53,754 bases of DNA, taken from assembly GCA_035456205.1 (NCBI GenBank), contig DATIDQ010000027.1, positions 1-53,754 on the forward strand, read 5' to 3'. A program made the position numbers and the translations under genes. The notes beneath the pieces were generated by a model. That model was not told where the DNA came from. It ran no database searches and saw only the letters and a list, made by a program, of their open reading frames with translations. This stretch comes from Pseudomonadales bacterium (GTDB lineage Bacteria; Pseudomonadota; Gammaproteobacteria; Pseudomonadales; UBA7239). Positions 50,175-53,754 of this stretch are shown here, piece by piece (the first letter of the stretch is position 1; each line of letters opens with the position of its first letter).

Positions 50175-51704
50175 TCAATGTGAAGAAGCAGGAATCTGTA
50201 TCGTCTGGCCAATTTTTACTTGCTGATCCCGCAGTTTGTTGTAATTGCGCAACGCAATCATGCTGACTTTATACTGAGACGCAATACTGCTTAGTGTGTC
50301 GCCTTTTTTCACAATATGCTTGACTGACTTTTCTGGAGCGTTTTTTTCTGGAACACTTTTTTCCGTAATATTTTTCACTGGCGCGGTCTTTTTTGCTGAT
50401 TTTTCCGCTACCAGTTTTTCAAGGTCATCCTGCTCTTCAACGGGATCGCTGATGATTTTTTCTGCCGGCGCTACCCTTTTATCCGTAACAGGATGCAGCT
50501 TGTCCATGGCAGGAGACACTTTGCCTCCACGAGCAGCCGCCAAGGCAGTATCCATAGGAGGCTTCGCACGAAAATGGCTGTCTATACCAGCAAAAATACC
50601 TTTGGCCATTGTGGTACGAAACTTGGGATTGGAAAGGTTTTTCGCCTCTTCCGAATTGGTAATAAATCCTGTTTCAATCAGTAATGACGGAATATCCGGA
50701 TTTTTCAACACAACAAACCCGGCTTGCTCGACAAACCCACGGTGCATTTTAGTGAATTTCTTCATCTGCCCCATCACCTTGTCACCCATATCAAGACTGG
50801 TGGCTACGGTGGCTGTCATGGAAAGATCCAGCAACACTTCCTGCAATACAGGATCTTTATCGCCGAGGTTCACACCACCGACAAGATCCGCATCGTTTTC
50901 GCTTTGCGCCAACCAGCGCGCTGTTTCCGATGTCGCTCCGCGCTGTGACAACGCAAATACACCCGCACCCTGCGCACTGGCATCTTTGAACGCATCGGCA
51001 TGGATTGACACAAAAAGATCCGCACCCTTGTTTCTGGCAATCTGGGTACGACCGCGCAAACTGACATAATAATCACTGGAGCGCGTCAGGAATGCCGAAT
51101 AACCCGGCGTATCATTGATGAGTCCGACCAATTCCTTTGCTATCGCCAATGTGACATTTTTTTCATAAATGCCGCCTGGTCCTTTTGCACCGGGATCTTC
51201 ACCACCATGCCCGGGATCTACCGCAATGACGACATCGCGCATGCCATTTGATGCAGGCTTTACTATCTTGGTTTCGTGCACGCTATCTTCATCAAACAAA
51301 TCCAGAACCAGACGATCTCCATACTGACTATTGGCCGGCAGTAAAAAGCTTTTGGGTTTGACGCGTGCAGACAGATCAATGATCAATTTTAATTCTGTAC
51401 CACTTTTTTCTGTGCTGAAATTCGCTAAAGGAGTATTGGCGACATTCACTTTTCCGGCATCCGCATTAAATTGCGAATCCGGCAAAGTAATCACGATGCG
51501 TTGCGCCAGATTTTTTTCGCCCGGCAAATTCACCAGCTTATGTTCTACAGGGCCAGACAAATCAAATACCAGCCGCGTGTTATCCGGCGCACGCCACAAA
51601 CGCACGCTTTGTATGCTGGCAGCATTCGTCAACAAGGATCCCGTCAACAGGACTGCCGTCGACAAACACAGTGCCCACTTTGTAAAACATTTGTTATTGC
51701 TCAA
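50175..51704 (-). CDS. amiB: N-acetylmuramoyl-L-alanine amidase (AMIN + Amidase_3 + LysM)
   Basis: Signal peptide, AMIN domain (VRLWRAPDNTRLVFDL), VIAVDPGHGGEDPGA, and a C-terminal LysM (HIVKKGDTLSSIASQY). Confidence 0.9.
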   Translation of the reverse strand: MSNNKCFTKWALCLSTAVLLTGSLLTNAASIQSVRLWRAPDNTRLVFDLSGPVEHKLVNLPGEKNLAQRIVITLPDSQFNADAGKVNVANTPLANFSTEKSGTELKLIIDLSARVKPKSFLLPANSQYGDRLVLDLFDEDSVHETKIVKPASNGMRDVVIAVDPGHGGEDPGAKGPGGIYEKNVTLAIAKELVGLINDTPGYSAFLTRSSDYYVSLRGRTQIARNKGADLFVSIHADAFKDASAQGAGVFALSQRGATSETARWLAQSENDADLVGGVNLGDKDPVLQEVLLDLSMTATVATSLDMGDKVMGQMKKFTKMHRGFVEQAGFVVLKNPDIPSLLIETGFITNSEEAKNLSNPKFRTTMAKGIFAGIDSHFRAKPPMDTALAAARGGKVSPAMDKLHPVTDKRVAPAEKIISDPVEEQDDLEKLVAEKSAKKTAPVKNITEKSVPEKNAPEKSVKHIVKKGDTLSSIASQYKVSMIALRNYNKLRDQQVKIGQTIQIPASSH

Positions 51705-52158
51705 AAGCAGTCAGCCATAGTTGTGCGCGATCAGAATACGCCATGATAGTCATCATGCGACTATCATCGGGTTGGTGTGAAAGGTTAATAGACATATCCG
51801 GGAGCGGCAACAAAGCATCGCCTTTTTCTGGCCATTCAATCAGACACAAATGTGCCGCTGTGAAATAATCACGAATGCCCATCAGCTCCAGCTCTTCCGG
51901 ATCATTCAGGCGATAGAGATCAAAATGATAAACAGCGCCACACGTCAGCGCATAAGGCTCAACAATAGTGTAAGTAGGACTTTTGACTGCGCCTCTATGG
52001 CCCAACGCCTGCAACCAGCCACGCGACAGAGTCGTTTTGCCAGCGCCGAGTGTACCAGTGAGCCAGACGATGGCGCCGGGCTCACACACTGCAGCCAAAC
52101 CCGCACCAGCCCGTAAAGTCGCCTGTTCATCAGGCAGTGAAACAACAACCGCCATCAA
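51694..52158 (-). CDS. tsaE: tRNA t6A37 biosynthesis ATPase TsaE (YjeE)
   Basis: The P-loop LTGTLGAGKTTLSRG, then SPTYTIVEPY and HFDLYRL. Confidence 0.9.
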   Translation of the reverse strand: MMAVVVSLPDEQATLRAGAGLAAVCEPGAIVWLTGTLGAGKTTLSRGWLQALGHRGAVKSPTYTIVEPYALTCGAVYHFDLYRLNDPEELELMGIRDYFTAAHLCLIEWPEKGDALLPLPDMSINLSHQPDDSRMMTIMAYSDRAQLWLTAFEQ

Positions 52159-52670
52159 CGTGCTTGCAGATAATCGCTGTAAGCTTTTTCCAGCACGCTC
52201 ACATCAGGAATCAGAACCACTTCGCCGCTACTTAACTGCATGGCTGCCAGTTCTGCCGGTGACAATGCCACCTGATTGGCTTCGGTAATATCTTGCGGCA
52301 TGATGCGCATCAAGCGTGGAATACCTTGCAGGACAATTGCAATGAACGGCAGTGCATCATTGATGCCCGTGTTGTTAATCACCGCAATGCGCGGCGTGCC
52401 CGTTGCGCGCGGCATGGCTTGACCGTTCAGCAATTCAAACGATACGAGAGGCACAGATAATTTGCGCCACTCTATGTACCCCAAAAACCAGTCGGGGGCC
52501 TGCGCCGGACAATCCGGGTAGCTGTAGTTAACAATTTCGGCCACCGCGACGCCGGGTATCAGCAACATTTTATCCTGCACGGGCAACAGCATACTGGGCA
52601 CATCCCTGACTGGCCGTGCAGCAGCAGGCTGGGCTGAGGGTGACAGTGATGGAACTTCAGCGTTGCTCAT
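52155..52670 (-). CDS. chpC: CheW-like coupling protein (ChpC-like)
   Basis: 171 aa, single CheW-like domain (LLIPGVAVAEIVNY ... PFIAIVLQGIPRLMRI). It follows a CheB homologue, as in the P. aeruginosa chpA-chpB-chpC order. Confidence 0.72.
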   Translation of the reverse strand: MSNAEVPSLSPSAQPAAARPVRDVPSMLLPVQDKMLLIPGVAVAEIVNYSYPDCPAQAPDWFLGYIEWRKLSVPLVSFELLNGQAMPRATGTPRIAVINNTGINDALPFIAIVLQGIPRLMRIMPQDITEANQVALSPAELAAMQLSSGEVVLIPDVSVLEKAYSDYLQAR

Positions 52671-53628
52671 AATGTTTATCCGTACCGGGTTGTAGTTTTA
52701 TCGTGGCCCATTCAGCCAGTTTGTTTGCCAATGCAACCGGATCCCCGGAGAAATCGGGTTTTCCGATAGCGCGTTCTGTTGCCTCGGGCATTGCCCAGTT
52801 CACACAACTGTCGCGGCTTTGCGTCCAGACCTGACCACCGCAACGTCGCATCAGGCGACTGGCTGCCGCAGCATCATCGCACATACCGCTGAATACTATC
52901 ACGCCACCATTCCGGCCAAAATGCACCGCTGTGGAGGCTACTACCTGATCAAGATTGGGTTTGTACTGGCCAATCCACGGTGTATTGCGCACGTTGAAAC
53001 TGCCGTCACGGGTGATACCTGTCACATGATCCGGCGAAACGATGGCAATACTGTTCTCGTGCAACAGATCACCGTGCTTTGGCGCATACGCTTCATACCG
53101 ACTATTGCGCCCCATTACCTGCGTCAATAAGCCCTGAAAATCACGCTCGATATGATTGGCATAAACAAAAGCAATACCTATATCCGCAGGAAGGGCATCG
53201 AGAAATTGTTTGACTGCATCAGGTCCACCAATGGAACCCGCTAACACCCAGACACTGCGTGGCAGTCGCGGTGATCCATGCTGGGTACGATTAATCACCC
53301 CGGTCAATCCACGCAATTTTTCACCCAGCCGACGCTGCCAATTGGCAAATTCCGGACTCACATGATTGGGAATCTGCCCTTCACACAAAATAAGCGGCAA
53401 CTGAATGGCATCCAGCAACTCGTCCAACAATTCAGGATGCGTGGCTTCCAGAACATCGATATCCAGATTGACCACCCATGCATCAACACCGGCGTCCGCT
53501 ATCCGGCCGCTCGCGCGCGCAAACTCCAGCGCCACGCCTATTTCCTGGCCAGCAGCCACAACAACACCCCGCAAAGTTGAAACCTGAGCGGGATCGTCAA
53601 CGATAACCCCGATCCGCAGGGCGCTCAT
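52657..53628 (-). CDS. chpB: CheB-type methylesterase with N-terminal receiver-like domain (ChpB-like)
   Basis: The C-terminal half has VWVLAGSIGGP, ANHIERDF and SGMCDDAAA (Ser/His/Asp positions of CheB). The N-terminus has VIVDDP...VVNLDID, which is receiver-like. Confidence 0.78.
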   Translation of the reverse strand: MSALRIGVIVDDPAQVSTLRGVVVAAGQEIGVALEFARASGRIADAGVDAWVVNLDIDVLEATHPELLDELLDAIQLPLILCEGQIPNHVSPEFANWQRRLGEKLRGLTGVINRTQHGSPRLPRSVWVLAGSIGGPDAVKQFLDALPADIGIAFVYANHIERDFQGLLTQVMGRNSRYEAYAPKHGDLLHENSIAIVSPDHVTGITRDGSFNVRNTPWIGQYKPNLDQVVASTAVHFGRNGGVIVFSGMCDDAAAASRLMRRCGGQVWTQSRDSCVNWAMPEATERAIGKPDFSGDPVALANKLAEWATIKLQPGTDKHYEQR

Positions 53629-53636
53629 GCCTTACC

Positions 53637-53754
53637 TCAACTGCCGCTGCGCTCGAGTCGAGCCATGCGTCTGGCCAACCGTTCGCCCACCAGATCGTTG
53701 ATGTTCAACAGCAACTCCTCTTCAACGAATGGTTTACCCATGTAACGCTCGACC
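53637..53754 (-). CDS. chpA: C-terminal end of a receiver-domain protein (probably ChpA/CheA-type hybrid kinase); 5' part outside window
   Basis: Minus strand reads ...VERYMGKPFVEEELLLNINDLVGERLARRMARLERSGS*. The Y-x-x-KPF motif marks a REC-domain C-terminus. The chpA name rests only on the order with chpB and chpC. Confidence 0.5.
   Translation of the reverse strand, partial: VERYMGKPFVEEELLLNINDLVGERLARRMARLERSGS

Noticed and set aside
50296-51069. A 257-aa ORF antisense to amiB.
   Set aside because: It is an antisense shadow with a Ser/Ala/Thr-rich low-complexity product. amiB on the other strand has full domain signatures.

Overview
Dense, mostly housekeeping chromosomal segment of a gammaproteobacterium. 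Gene order resembles Pseudomonas or Cellvibrio: waaC-waaF-ilvE-glnE; grpE / dnaK-dnaJ; tkt-epd; aroQ-accB-accC; pilT-pilU opposite yggS-proC-yggT; aroE-hemF-tsaC-yraN-lpoA opposite rsmI; chpA-chpB-chpC-tsaE-amiB-mutL. I call about 55 protein genes, three sigma32-type heat-shock promoters (grpE, dnaK, htpX) and a few intrinsic terminators. I found no rRNA, tRNA, CRISPR array, transposase or integrase. Four things stand out against this ordinary backbone. (1) Two unlinked copies of a two-gene module, an MBOAT O-acyltransferase plus a membrane-anchored DltD/SGNH-like partner (11356-13988 and 45529-48340). Both look AT-rich and neither sits in a recognisable polysaccharide or teichoic-acid operon. 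(2) A tandem pair of orphan secreted paralogues (25085-26460) directly downstream of a stand-alone DEDDh exonuclease. (3) An orphan GspE/PilB-family ATPase translationally coupled to glnE. (4) A small islet after rsmI holding a sulfatase with a C-terminal extension, an LEA_2 lipoprotein and a small acidic protein. I cannot show that any of these is a new system. They are the places where sequence alone leaves function open. All calls come from reading the supplied translations and the DNA by eye, with no database search.
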